64,000 nucleotides of DNA from Candidatus Saccharimonadales bacterium (GTDB lineage: Bacteria; Patescibacteriota; Saccharimonadia; Saccharimonadales; EFPC-124): positions 16,055 through 80,054 of the forward strand of contig DATEFB010000026.1 in the NCBI GenBank assembly GCA_035280845.1, read 5' to 3'. The notes beneath the pieces are model-generated. The model was not told the DNA's origin and made no database searches. It saw only the letters and a list, made by a program, of their open reading frames with translations. Positions 30,175-38,736 of this stretch are shown here, one piece after another. Made by a program: the position numbers and the translations under genes. The number at the start of each line of letters is the position of its first letter. Position 1 is the first letter of the stretch.

Positions 30175-30252
30175 AAACCCAGCATTCCCCGTCTCAGAAA
30201 CGTCCTCGCCTGGCGGCTGCGGATTGTTTCTTCATCAGGGAATGCTGGGTTT
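30175..30252. repeat. nested-hairpin element, copy 1 of 2 (candidate structured RNA or recombination site)
   Basis: 15-bp perfect outer stem AAACCCAGCATTCCC/GGGAATGCTGGGTTT encloses a 48-nt core. The core shares GTCCTCG...CTGCGGA(A)T..GTTT with the core at 63270-63317. Confidence 0.55.
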
Positions 30253-30262
30253 CTTGGCTAGA

Positions 30263-31861
30263 TTACGCAGCAGCCGCTTTAATCAACCCATCAAACAACG
30301 GGTGCGGACGGTTCGGCCGTGACTTCAATTCCGGGTGAGCCTGCGTACCAATAAAGTACGGGTGGTCAACGTGTTCAATCATCTCTACCAGTGTGCCATC
30401 CGGCGACTTGCCACTCAACTTCAGCCCGGCCTTCTGATAGTATTTGTCGTATTTCTGGTTCACCTCGTAACGGTGGCGATGGCGTTCGTCTATCTGGTGT
30501 GCGCCATACACCCGCTCCGCCAGACTACCCTTCTCGAGCACACACGGGTACGAGCCCAGGCGCATTGTGCCGCCGGTCGCCTCTTTGCCTTTTTGGTCAT
30601 TCATAATGTAAATCACTGGGTGCTTGGCGTCTGGCTTTACTTCGGAACTGATTGCGTCGTGCAGCCCGGCATTCCGTGCCGCGCCAATGACCGCCATCTG
30701 CATACCCAGGCAAATGCCCAGGTACGGCACTTTGTTGGCCATAGCATATTGGGCCGAGGCAATCATGCCCTCCAGGCCGCGCGAGCCAAACCCGCCAGGC
30801 ACAATCAGGCCATCGTACGCCGAGAGGACTGCCTCAGCGCCTTTCTCTTCGACTTCTTCGGCGTTCACCCAGTCAAAATCAAGGTTTACTTTGTTGGCCC
30901 AGGCTGCACTGCGCAGCGCCTCGATCACCGAGATGTACGTGTCTTCGTTGTCCAGATACTTGGCAACGACACCAATCTTTACCGTTTGGTCGTATGTAGT
31001 TGTGGCTGCCTTTAAGACGTCGCGCCATTTTTTAAGGTCAGGGGTGTGGTCGGCAACACCCAACCTCTTAAGCAGGATTGAACCGGCCTTGTGCTCCCAC
31101 AACGTGAGCGGCACCTGGTACACGGTGCGGGCGTTTGGCAGCATAATTACCGCTTCTGGAGGCACGCCGCCGAATAAACTGATCTTGGCTGCGGCACTGT
31201 GCGGCGGTTGACTCTCGGCACGGACCAAGACAAGATCAGGAATGATCCCGACACTGCGCAGATCACGGAGTGCGTTCTGCACCGGCTTTGATTTAAACTC
31301 CTTGCTTGTCCCCAAAAATGGCATGTACACCACGTGGGCAAACGCGCACCGGCCCGGGAACTTTACAGCCATCTCACGGATCGCTTCCAAAAAGGCGGTG
31401 GCTTCAATGTCGCCCACCGTCCCACCGATTTCGACAATATGAATGTCGCTCCCCTGCCCCGCGGCAATAATATCTTCCTGAATTGTGTTGGTAAAATGCG
31501 GCACCATCTGCACGGTCTTGCCCAAAAACTTTCCGGCGCGCTCATCTTCGATCATCTTTAAAAAGAGTCTGCCGCTCATAGTAGAACTCCGCTGTGTCAT
31601 GTTGACGTCCAGGAAGCGTTCGTAGTGACCAAGGTCCAAATCGGTCTCGGCGCCGTCATCTGTTACGAAGCACTCTCCATGTTCAGCCGGATTGAGCGTC
31701 CCGGCATCGACGTTCAAATAAACGTCGAGCTTCTGCATACTTACCTTTAAACCCCGGGCTTGTAAAACGGCGCCCAATGACGCCGCTGTGATGCCTTTTC
31801 CAAGTCCAGAGATGACCCCTCCGGTCACAAAAACATAGTTGGTCGTGTGTGTGTTCCCCAT
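30263..31861 (-). CDS. pyrG: CTP synthase
   Basis: ORF 30263-31924 trimmed to MGNTHTTNYVFVTGGVISGLGKG (alternative MPMGN start at 31867). Glutamine amidotransferase GICLGMQ. Confidence 0.95.
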   Translation of the reverse strand: MGNTHTTNYVFVTGGVISGLGKGITAASLGAVLQARGLKVSMQKLDVYLNVDAGTLNPAEHGECFVTDDGAETDLDLGHYERFLDVNMTQRSSTMSGRLFLKMIEDERAGKFLGKTVQMVPHFTNTIQEDIIAAGQGSDIHIVEIGGTVGDIEATAFLEAIREMAVKFPGRCAFAHVVYMPFLGTSKEFKSKPVQNALRDLRSVGIIPDLVLVRAESQPPHSAAAKISLFGGVPPEAVIMLPNARTVYQVPLTLWEHKAGSILLKRLGVADHTPDLKKWRDVLKAATTTYDQTVKIGVVAKYLDNEDTYISVIEALRSAAWANKVNLDFDWVNAEEVEEKGAEAVLSAYDGLIVPGGFGSRGLEGMIASAQYAMANKVPYLGICLGMQMAVIGAARNAGLHDAISSEVKPDAKHPVIYIMNDQKGKEATGGTMRLGSYPCVLEKGSLAERVYGAHQIDERHRHRYEVNQKYDKYYQKAGLKLSGKSPDGTLVEMIEHVDHPYFIGTQAHPELKSRPNRPHPLFDGLIKAAAA

Positions 31862-32070
31862 AGGCATGGAGTATATCGTAGAGGCATATGCCGTGCAATC
31901 TGAAATTTTGCTATGGATAAGCAAGTTTTCGTGCTATGGTTAACCAATTTAATTGAAAACGCTTATGCTACCCCTGTGACACACACCCGACACCTTGGAC
32001 GAACAGAAAAGTACGTGCCGCAAATTCCACATCAAAGTCGCAAAATCCAACGTTTTTACGACGCCCGCCC

Positions 32071-33339
32071 CTATTCGCTGCGGAGTGCCTCGATAGGATT
32101 CAGCCGTGACGCCTTAAGCGCAGGCAGCGTCCCGGCGACAAAGGCAATCAACATAATCAGCCCGACCACGAACAGCGCGCCAGACGGGTCAACGACAAGC
32201 AGAGTGAACCCCTCAAAGTCCTTCAAGAAGTTGGCGGCTGCATAATCGTTGACCAAGTTGCTTGCACCAAACGCGGCACCAACCGCTACGGCAGAGCCCC
32301 AAAAGCCAACCAGCGCCGCCTCTATTGCAAACAGGGCAAAGACTTTGCTGCGGCGCATGCCCAGCGCCTTCATGAGGCCGATTTCTTGTGTGCGCTCGTA
32401 CACACTCATAAGCAAGGTGTTAATGATTCCAAAGCTGGCCGCGACCAGTGCGATAATGCCGATAATGTTAAGGGCCGCAGTAATGGCGCTGACCACAGAT
32501 GTCAGTGTGCCGATGCTCTCTTTGAATGACGTCGCCGTGTAACTTCCGGCTGCTTCCAGCCGTTTTTTGAGCACAGATTCGTCGGTTGTGTCGTTCACAT
32601 CTTTAAACGAAGCAAACAGTTGGATAAACCGGCCGGTCTGGCCTTGCGCCTGGGCAATCGTCTTGGCCGTCGTTACGTCAATGTACACCGCGCCAGCCGT
32701 TACAATTGCCTCGCGCATAACGCCGACTACAGTGAGCTCCCGCTCTACCAACGCACCCGTGCCATCTTTGTAGGCAACCGTTACTTTAGTGCCCGGGGCG
32801 TCCTGAACAGTCAGGCCAAGCGGTTCAAGGTACTTCTGTGGCAGAACCATACTGGCCGAATCTTCGTTCTTAATGAGCCTGCCCGACGCAAGGTCGAGGT
32901 TAAGGCCAAAATCCTGCTGAAGCTGGCTGAGCGCGTATTTTTTGCCGTCATTGCGGGTAATGTATTCGGGAGTCACCTGGTACAACGGCACGACCGAAGC
33001 GATACCTTCTACCTTTTTGAGTTTGTCCACGTCGCCCTGGGTCATGGTGGCGTTGTAGAACGAACTCAGGCTGGCGGTTTTCTTGTCTGGATCGTATTCC
33101 TTTAGCTCTGCGCCGCCACTAAAGGGATTTTCTTCAGTCTTGGGCGTCACTTCGAACACGCCGGGCACTGCAACGTTACCAAGCTGGCGCTCCAGGTACT
33201 GGTTGGCGCCAGTGTTTAGGGCGGTTGTTAGCGTCAGGGTAAATCCACCAATAAAGATAGCCAGGATAGTCAAAAGCGTGCGGAGCTTCGAGCGCATCAG
33301 GTTTCGGTTGGCAGTTGCCAGAACGTCTAGGAACTTCAT
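32071..33339 (-). CDS. ABC transporter permease, MacB/FtsX family
   Basis: 422 aa. N-terminal TM span, large periplasmic-type loop, C-terminal FtsX-like 3-TM bundle. ATGA overlap with the ATPase gene. Confidence 0.85.
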   Translation of the reverse strand: MKFLDVLATANRNLMRSKLRTLLTILAIFIGGFTLTLTTALNTGANQYLERQLGNVAVPGVFEVTPKTEENPFSGGAELKEYDPDKKTASLSSFYNATMTQGDVDKLKKVEGIASVVPLYQVTPEYITRNDGKKYALSQLQQDFGLNLDLASGRLIKNEDSASMVLPQKYLEPLGLTVQDAPGTKVTVAYKDGTGALVERELTVVGVMREAIVTAGAVYIDVTTAKTIAQAQGQTGRFIQLFASFKDVNDTTDESVLKKRLEAAGSYTATSFKESIGTLTSVVSAITAALNIIGIIALVAASFGIINTLLMSVYERTQEIGLMKALGMRRSKVFALFAIEAALVGFWGSAVAVGAAFGASNLVNDYAAANFLKDFEGFTLLVVDPSGALFVVGLIMLIAFVAGTLPALKASRLNPIEALRSE

Positions 33340-34016
33340 TTCTTCTTAACCTCCGTTAGTTGGCCGTCCTTCATAAGGAAGCGGCGGCGGCATTTGGCAG
33401 CTAGCTCGTCATCGTGCGTCACAATAATCAGGGTAATGCCCTTTTCGCGGTTCAGGCGGAAGAGCAGATCCTCTACACGTGCACCGTTCTCGCTGTCGAG
33501 GTTGCCGGTTGGCTCGTCAGCAAAAATAACTTCGGGTTGGTTGGCGAGGGCGCGGGCGATCGCCACACGCTGCCGCTGCCCGCCCGACAGGTCGGTGGCG
33601 CGGTTGTTCACTTTATCGGTCAGGTCGACTTCTTCCAGCGCTTTCATGGCCATTTTTTTGCGCTGGCCATAGCTAACACCGGCAATCTTCAGTGGTAGTA
33701 ATACATTCTCGAGCACCGTTTCACGGCCGTTCAAAAAGAACTGCTGAAAAATAAAACCGAATTTCTTGCTGCGAAGCTGATCAAGCTTGGCGCCTTTCAT
33801 CGACTCATATTCGTGTTCATCAAACGAGATGGTACCCGAATTGACGCGGTCAAGCGCAGCAATCACGTGCATAAGCGTGGATTTGCCCGAACCGGATTTA
33901 CCAATAATCGCAACGCTCTCGCCACGCTTAATTCCAAGCGATACTTTGTCGAGAGCCACAAAGGCGTTGTCGCCCTTGCCATAAATCTTTGTAATAGAAT
34001 CAACGTCAATAAGCAT
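33336..34016 (-). CDS. ABC transporter ATP-binding protein (MacB/LolD-like)
   Basis: Walker A GKSGSGKST, signature LSGGQRQR, Walker B IFADEPT. Confidence 0.92.
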   Translation of the reverse strand: MLIDVDSITKIYGKGDNAFVALDKVSLGIKRGESVAIIGKSGSGKSTLMHVIAALDRVNSGTISFDEHEYESMKGAKLDQLRSKKFGFIFQQFFLNGRETVLENVLLPLKIAGVSYGQRKKMAMKALEEVDLTDKVNNRATDLSGGQRQRVAIARALANQPEVIFADEPTGNLDSENGARVEDLLFRLNREKGITLIIVTHDDELAAKCRRRFLMKDGQLTEVKKK

Positions 34017-34065
34017 ACTTTAACAGTAGCACGAGGCACTCGTGGCGCAAAGTTGTCGGTGTGGA

Positions 34066-34094
34066 GGCCGCGACGGAGAATCCCCGCCGCGGCC
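34066..34094 (-). terminator. GC-rich hairpin after HGC-6
   Basis: GGCCGCG (34066-34072) pairs with CGCGGCC (34088-34094). Lies 16 nt beyond the TGA. No U-tract. Confidence 0.45.
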
Positions 34095-34110
34095 CGCTCC
34101 CAAAAAACGA

Positions 34111-34965
34111 TCAGCAAGGCAGCGCGTTGTCACCCAACCTAGCCGGGGCTGGCTCCACCGGGCCGGTATTATCCCAACCGCGGTAGGCACGGCACAGCAC
34201 CAGGCCGCGGGCCTCGAGCCCGGTCTTCATCTGGCCGATGGCCGTTACGCTGAACCCCTTGTGCTGCAAGTGCATGAGCACCGTGCAGCCCTTACAGGCA
34301 TTGGCAACGGTGTAGTTCACCACCGACTGGCGGCTCTTGCCGCGCCAATCCTCGGTGTCCACATCCCACAGCCACTGGCGGATGCCAGCATCGGCGTAGG
34401 CTTTGTCGACAGTGGCGTTATGCGCACCGTACGGCGGCCGGCCGTAGTCCGACGCGACGTCGCCGCTGATTTGCCGCTTTGCTTTTTCGTACCCCAGCCG
34501 CTTTAGGTTGGGATGCGAATCACTGTGGTTGATCACATACTGGCCGTTGGTTCGGGCCACCTGCACCAGGTCCAGGCCCTGCTTCAGGTACCAACGGTAG
34601 CACTCACCGGTCGGCGCAATGACCAGGCCGATGTTCTGTTGCCGGGCGTATTCCATGACCTCCCGGTACATCGTGGCCGACGCCGGGCAGTCGTCGTAAG
34701 TCAGGACCACGGCATCGCCGATGTTTGGGCCATGACCCAGGCTGTAGGTAGCCGGGTCGATCGTGACTGGCGTGAACTCGGGCGTGGGTTCGGGCGCCGG
34801 GACCGGCAGCAGAAACGATGGAACGGTTGCTGCCAGCGGCGATGGCGGGGCGCTCACCATTGCCGGCGGACCGATCATGGCCGCCGCCTTGGGTGTCGCC
34901 TGTGTCGCCAATGCCAGAACCAGCGCAATACCTGCGCCAACTGCCAAGCTGGTGCGGACTCGCAT
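34111..34965 (-). CDS. HGC-6: secreted polysaccharide deacetylase (NodB homology domain)
   Basis: ORF trimmed to MRVRTSLAVGAGIALVLALATQATPKAAA (Sec-type signal, ATG at 34963-34965, GAAAGG SD). NodB motifs TYDDCP, HSDSHP and RPPYG. Pro-rich linker. TGA stop. Confidence 0.8.
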   Translation of the reverse strand: MRVRTSLAVGAGIALVLALATQATPKAAAMIGPPAMVSAPPSPLAATVPSFLLPVPAPEPTPEFTPVTIDPATYSLGHGPNIGDAVVLTYDDCPASATMYREVMEYARQQNIGLVIAPTGECYRWYLKQGLDLVQVARTNGQYVINHSDSHPNLKRLGYEKAKRQISGDVASDYGRPPYGAHNATVDKAYADAGIRQWLWDVDTEDWRGKSRQSVVNYTVANACKGCTVLMHLQHKGFSVTAIGQMKTGLEARGLVLCRAYRGWDNTGPVEPAPARLGDNALPC

Positions 34966-35044
34966 GCGTGTGCCTTTCGTCGTGGGAGCTAAAAAGAGGC
35001 GAACCTCATTCCTGCCGACCATGATATCAAATGAGCACCAGATG

Positions 35045-35947
35045 TCAGATTTTTATGTGGCGATATATTTCCTCGAGTGTTTGGGCATTGTAATATGCCA
35101 ACCCACTAAACGAGTTGCCTTGCTGGCCACTGGGCATCCGGTGCACCCCGCAGGCTACGACCATCCGCGAGGCCTCTTCGGGGCTGGCGATACCCAGGCG
35201 CAAACTCTCAAAAAGAACTTCGGTGTGTACGAGCCGTAGCTCATCGCGCCCCGGACTGTCGGGCATACCTGTCACTTCTAAGGGCGTGCTTTGGGCAATT
35301 ACTACCCCTTGCCGAGTCTGCGCGAACGGCTCGTACTGGTAATTCACATCTGCAACGCGACCACAATTACTCACTTGCAGCGGCTCTGCCGAACCTGGTG
35401 TCACCAGATACATATCTTCTGGCAGGTAATTCACCAGCCGTAGTGCGTGGCCCGTCAGGCGTGCTGTGTTTACCGTCTCTAAATCATTAGGGCCCCGGTA
35501 CTCTGTAGGCTGAGGCACACCAATCCGTTCGGCCGAAAGCAATGCACCAGTTGCCGGGTCGCGGATAATATTCGCTGGGTGCCCGAAGGCGCCCTGTGTA
35601 TCCATGCTGGTACGGTGTAAGTACCGCCCACCAATCCGGCTGGCAACAACCAATGTGTCGAGGGCGGGGCCAGCCAACAGGCGTCGCATGTCTGGCTCGT
35701 TAGCCAGGCCAGTGTAGCTCACCTCAAATAACGGCAGGTCGCGAAGCTGCCCTCCTTCCAACTCTATGGTAAGCATTTGGCGAGGCACGCGCCGCTCGGT
35801 GGCACGCACAATGCGGGATTCATCGAACATGCCGTCATCTCGCGGGGCTTGTAACTCGTGCGGTTCGCCTGTGTGCGGCGTCATGAGCAAATCGTGCGCA
35901 GTGGCAACGAAAAGCTCTTTATATGGCAGGTTGGCTCGTTCGATCAT
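35045..35947 (-). CDS. hypothetical protein (301 aa)
   Basis: ORF 35045-36004 trimmed to MIERANL (ATG at 35945-35947). About 57% GC. No family recognised. Confidence 0.55.
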   Translation of the reverse strand: MIERANLPYKELFVATAHDLLMTPHTGEPHELQAPRDDGMFDESRIVRATERRVPRQMLTIELEGGQLRDLPLFEVSYTGLANEPDMRRLLAGPALDTLVVASRIGGRYLHRTSMDTQGAFGHPANIIRDPATGALLSAERIGVPQPTEYRGPNDLETVNTARLTGHALRLVNYLPEDMYLVTPGSAEPLQVSNCGRVADVNYQYEPFAQTRQGVVIAQSTPLEVTGMPDSPGRDELRLVHTEVLFESLRLGIASPEEASRMVVACGVHRMPSGQQGNSFSGLAYYNAQTLEEIYRHIKI

Positions 35948-36054
35948 ACGGTATCCATAAAAAAGACTCACAACACGTGAGTAGACTATGTGTAGTGCAA
36001 GCATAATACCACGCGAAACGCGCCGAACAACAGCGCCTGCCTGCTATTTTGCGC

Positions 36055-36081
36055 CAAAAAAAGCACCCGCTGCGGGATGCT
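36055..36081 (-). terminator. intrinsic terminator after tRNA-Ser
   Basis: Minus strand reads AGCATCCCGCAGCGGGTGCT (7-bp stem) followed by a T7 run, starting 8 nt after the tRNA 3' end. Confidence 0.7.
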
Positions 36082-36088
36082 CTTTTCA

Positions 36089-36180
36089 TGGCGGAGAGAG
36101 AGGGATTCGAACCCTCGGTACGAGTTGCCCCGCACACACGCTTTCCAAGCGTGCGCCTTCAACCGCTCGGCCATCTCTCC
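36089..36180 (-). tRNA. tRNA-Ser (anticodon GGA), CCA encoded
   Basis: Hand-folded cloverleaf. Acceptor GGAGAGA/TCTCTCC, anticodon stem CACGC/GCGTG with loop TTGGAAA, long variable arm, T-arm GAGGG-TTCGAAT-CCCTC, discriminator G plus CCA. Confidence 0.93.
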
Positions 36181-36303
36181 GTATAGCAGACATTGTAACA
36201 GATTGCCGGGCAGTTGCCAGTTGCCGGTACTCATTGTATAGTGCAACAAGCCAATGGCACCTGAAACTAGGTGCCAAGGAATGCCGAGAGAAAGGTACAG
36301 CCT

Positions 36304-36993
36304 ATGCACGTCAGTGCAGCACAGATCGCCGAAGCAATACTTACGGCGGCTGGCACCGTACCCGATCCCAACATCACAAACGACCTGGCGTCGTGCATCG
36401 CGCACGGCAACGGGGCACTGCGGGCCGGAGAAACACGGACGGTGTGGCTGGTCTTGGGTTCGGTCCTCGAAGCCGAGGACGCCACGACTGCCAACCCGCT
36501 CCTGGTGAAACACGGACTCCGAGTGACGCCGCGCCCTGGCGCCCTCCTGTCTACCGACCGTGTGGCGAGCACTTTTCGCGATGCAGTCAAGGCAGGCATC
36601 GGGCGGGCTGGGGGGGACTATCCGCCAGATTACCGCCGGACGTGGGCGCCGCGCCCTACAGTGTCGGACGACCCCATTCCCATGGGTGGCGTCGGGCAGA
36701 GCGTGGCGGTCGCCAACAGCATCGATGTCCTGAAGGCGGGCAACGAATTCGACTGGTTCAACCTGGAGTCGCTCAGGGATTTCCCTGTCGGCTGCCTGGT
36801 GTACCGGCTGAAATCAACAGGTCCGCTGGCGGCATATCAGCGGTTGGCGCCCACGCGGTGGCTCAACATGTCCATCCCCGAACCCAGATGCCCAGTTGAC
36901 CTGAGTGCCATTCTGGGCGAGCTGAACGTCAGCTCCATCGGACCGGGGCCGGCAAATCATCCCCGTCCATTGCTCTACAGCGTTGCATCCTGA
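36304..36993 (+). CDS. HGC-7: hypothetical protein (229 aa)
   Basis: ATG 36304, 8 nt after GAAAGG (alternative GTG 36271). High GC. TGA stop. No family recognised. Confidence 0.7.
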   Translation: MHVSAAQIAEAILTAAGTVPDPNITNDLASCIAHGNGALRAGETRTVWLVLGSVLEAEDATTANPLLVKHGLRVTPRPGALLSTDRVASTFRDAVKAGIGRAGGDYPPDYRRTWAPRPTVSDDPIPMGGVGQSVAVANSIDVLKAGNEFDWFNLESLRDFPVGCLVYRLKSTGPLAAYQRLAPTRWLNMSIPEPRCPVDLSAILGELNVSSIGPGPANHPRPLLYSVAS

Positions 36994-37000
36994 TGTCAAG

Positions 37001-37036
37001 GCGCGGCGGTCGGGACTGTCCCACCGACCGCCGCGC
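37001..37036 (+). terminator. GC-rich hairpin after HGC-7
   Basis: GCGCGGCGGTCGG (37001-37013) pairs with CCGACCGCCGCGC (37024-37036), 13 bp perfect. Confidence 0.65.
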
Positions 37037-37122
37037 GGCATTCCTATGGCTTTTTCTTAAAATTATTATATTATATAGTCACGTCATTTGGCGTATTTTG
37101 GGAATATAGACACGGAGCTCTC

Positions 37123-37686
37123 ATGACGACCCTCGATGACCTGGCTGCCGACTTTGTGCTCCGGCACATGACTGGCGACCCACGACCCGAGCAGCATGAC
37201 ATCCGCACCCTCGTGGGCACCGTATTCAGCCACAAACTCAACTACGTCGTCGAAGACGAGGGGTTGGGTTTCTCGCTACTGCTGGCGCTCAACACGTTCA
37301 GCATCCCGGGGGAGCCAAGCAACCCGCTCAAGCGGCATCATGTTCTCTGGACGCCGTACACGCACCAGAAGCGGCGGCCTCTTACCCAACAGGATGTTCT
37401 GTACGAGCTGACCAACCTGGGCGTCGAAGACCCGACCGGCTACGTGGCCGGCATGGCGCCATCGCAAACCATCGTCGTGCAGTGGCGAGATGAGGTCTGC
37501 CTGGCCTTCCAGCGTCTGCACCAGACCGGCCGATGGGCAAAACGCTCTTACCCCCTGGGGTACAGTACTGTCATCCCCCTGATGGAATTCATCAGTGGCG
37601 TACTGACGGGCATGCACACGGCCGTGGCGACGCCCGGTCCGCCTGGCCCGGTCCAGTACCCGCTCCCCTACCTGACGACGACTTGA
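37123..37686 (+). CDS. HGC-8: hypothetical protein (187 aa)
   Basis: GGAG 5 nt before ATG 37123. High GC. TGA stop. No family recognised. Confidence 0.7.
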   Translation: MTTLDDLAADFVLRHMTGDPRPEQHDIRTLVGTVFSHKLNYVVEDEGLGFSLLLALNTFSIPGEPSNPLKRHHVLWTPYTHQKRRPLTQQDVLYELTNLGVEDPTGYVAGMAPSQTIVVQWRDEVCLAFQRLHQTGRWAKRSYPLGYSTVIPLMEFISGVLTGMHTAVATPGPPGPVQYPLPYLTTT

Positions 37687-37689
37687 GGC

Positions 37690-37712
37690 GGTGGCGGCCT
37701 CGTGCCGCCACC
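37690..37712 (+). terminator. GC-rich hairpin after HGC-8
   Basis: GGTGGCGGC (37690-37698) pairs with GCCGCCACC (37704-37712), starting 4 nt after the stop. Confidence 0.6.
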
Positions 37713-37747
37713 CAGTCGGGCTATATTCCCATCTTTTCGCGCTATCA

Positions 37748-37772
37748 CGCGGCCATACACCGGCCGCGTTTT
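37748..37772 (+). terminator. additional intrinsic terminator upstream of the ABC operon
   Basis: CGCGGCC (37748-37754) pairs with GGCCGCG (37762-37768), followed by TTTT (37769-37772). Confidence 0.5.
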
Positions 37773-37866
37773 GATTTGCTTTTGCTTATAACTGTTGTGA
37801 AAAAAGGCCTATCTGTTAAACGCAGGCGCTCGTATACTGGAAATAACCCGTATCCATTTGGTAATT

Positions 37867-38736
37867 ATGCAACCAGCAATAGAAATTTTTGGCCTCAGCA
37901 AGATGTTTGGCGTGGGCGACGCGACAACCGTAGCCCTCGACAACCTCACCCTTACTATCGAGAAGGGTGAATTTGTCGCCATCATGGGGCCAAGCGGCTC
38001 GGGCAAGACTACGCTCATGAACATCCTAGGCCTGCTGGATACCCCGACGCACGGCGAATACTACCTCGAAGGCAAAGCCGTGGCCGACCTTTCGCAGCGC
38101 CGCCGCGCCAGACTCCGCCGCGACCACATTGGCATGATCTTCCAAAACTTTAACCTGCTCAGCCGCACCAACGTCATCGAAAACGTCGCCCTACCTCTTA
38201 CTTACAAAGGCAGCACCCGCACCAAACGGCTGACGGCTGCCAGCAAACTGCTCAAAACGTTTGGCCTGAACGAACGCGAGTATTACATGCCCTACCAACT
38301 TTCCGGGGGCCAACTGCAACGCGTGGCAATCGCCCGCGCGCTGGTTAGCCGCCCGGCTATTATTTTGGCCGACGAACCAACCGGCAACCTCGACACCAAA
38401 TCCAGTGAAATTATTATGGAAGAGCTGGCCGACATCCACCGCCAAGGCAACACCATCATCATGGTCACCCACAACCCCGACGTCGCCATTTACGCCGACC
38501 GCATCATCCAAATGATCGACGGGCGCGTCGCCACCGACAGCAAGCACCCCAGCAAAGATATCGACGCCAGCGCCAAGCGCCCGCTGAACAGCTTCCGCAA
38601 AGCGCTCGAAGCCGCCGCCAAAGCCAACGAACAATACGCCGATGCCACAGAGGCAATGACCGCCAGTCTCAGCCCCAAAAAAGCCCGCAAAAAACGTGCC
38701 ACCAAAGTGGCAAAAAAACGAAAGGCTAAAAAATAA
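37867..38736 (+). CDS. ABC transporter ATP-binding protein (MacB-like) with Lys-rich C-terminal tail
   Basis: ATG 37867 (track start is TTG 37858). Walker [10 protein letters not shown], signature LSGGQLQR, Walker B ILADEPT. Confidence 0.9.
   Translation: MQPAIEIFGLSKMFGVGDATTVALDNLTLTIEKGEFVAIMGPSGSGKTTLMNILGLLDTPTHGEYYLEGKAVADLSQRRRARLRRDHIGMIFQNFNLLSRTNVIENVALPLTYKGSTRTKRLTAASKLLKTFGLNEREYYMPYQLSGGQLQRVAIARALVSRPAIILADEPTGNLDTKSSEIIMEELADIHRQGNTIIMVTHNPDVAIYADRIIQMIDGRVATDSKHPSKDIDASAKRPLNSFRKALEAAAKANEQYADATEAMTASLSPKKARKKRATKVAKKRKAKK

Larger units (their letters stand above)
36273..37050. repeat. split palindrome bracketing HGC-7
   Basis: AGGAATGCC (36277-36285) and GGCATTCCT (37037-37045) are exact reverse complements. 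The match extends to GCCAAGGAATGCC / GGCATTCCTATGGC with one bulge. A T5 run follows at 37051-37055. Confidence 0.7.
37099..37731. repeat. split palindrome bracketing HGC-8
   Basis: TGGGAATATAG (37099-37109) and CTATATTCCCA (37721-37731) are an 11-nt perfect inverted repeat. TCTTTT follows. Confidence 0.75.

Noticed and set aside
30175-30252. Hammerhead-ribozyme-like CUGAUGA ... GAAAC/GUUUC on the minus strand of the nested-hairpin element.
   Set aside because: Only two helices are available where a hammerhead needs three. The segment after helix II reads GAGAC rather than GAAA. The second copy (63252-63335) lacks CUGAUGA entirely, so the resemblance is coincidental.
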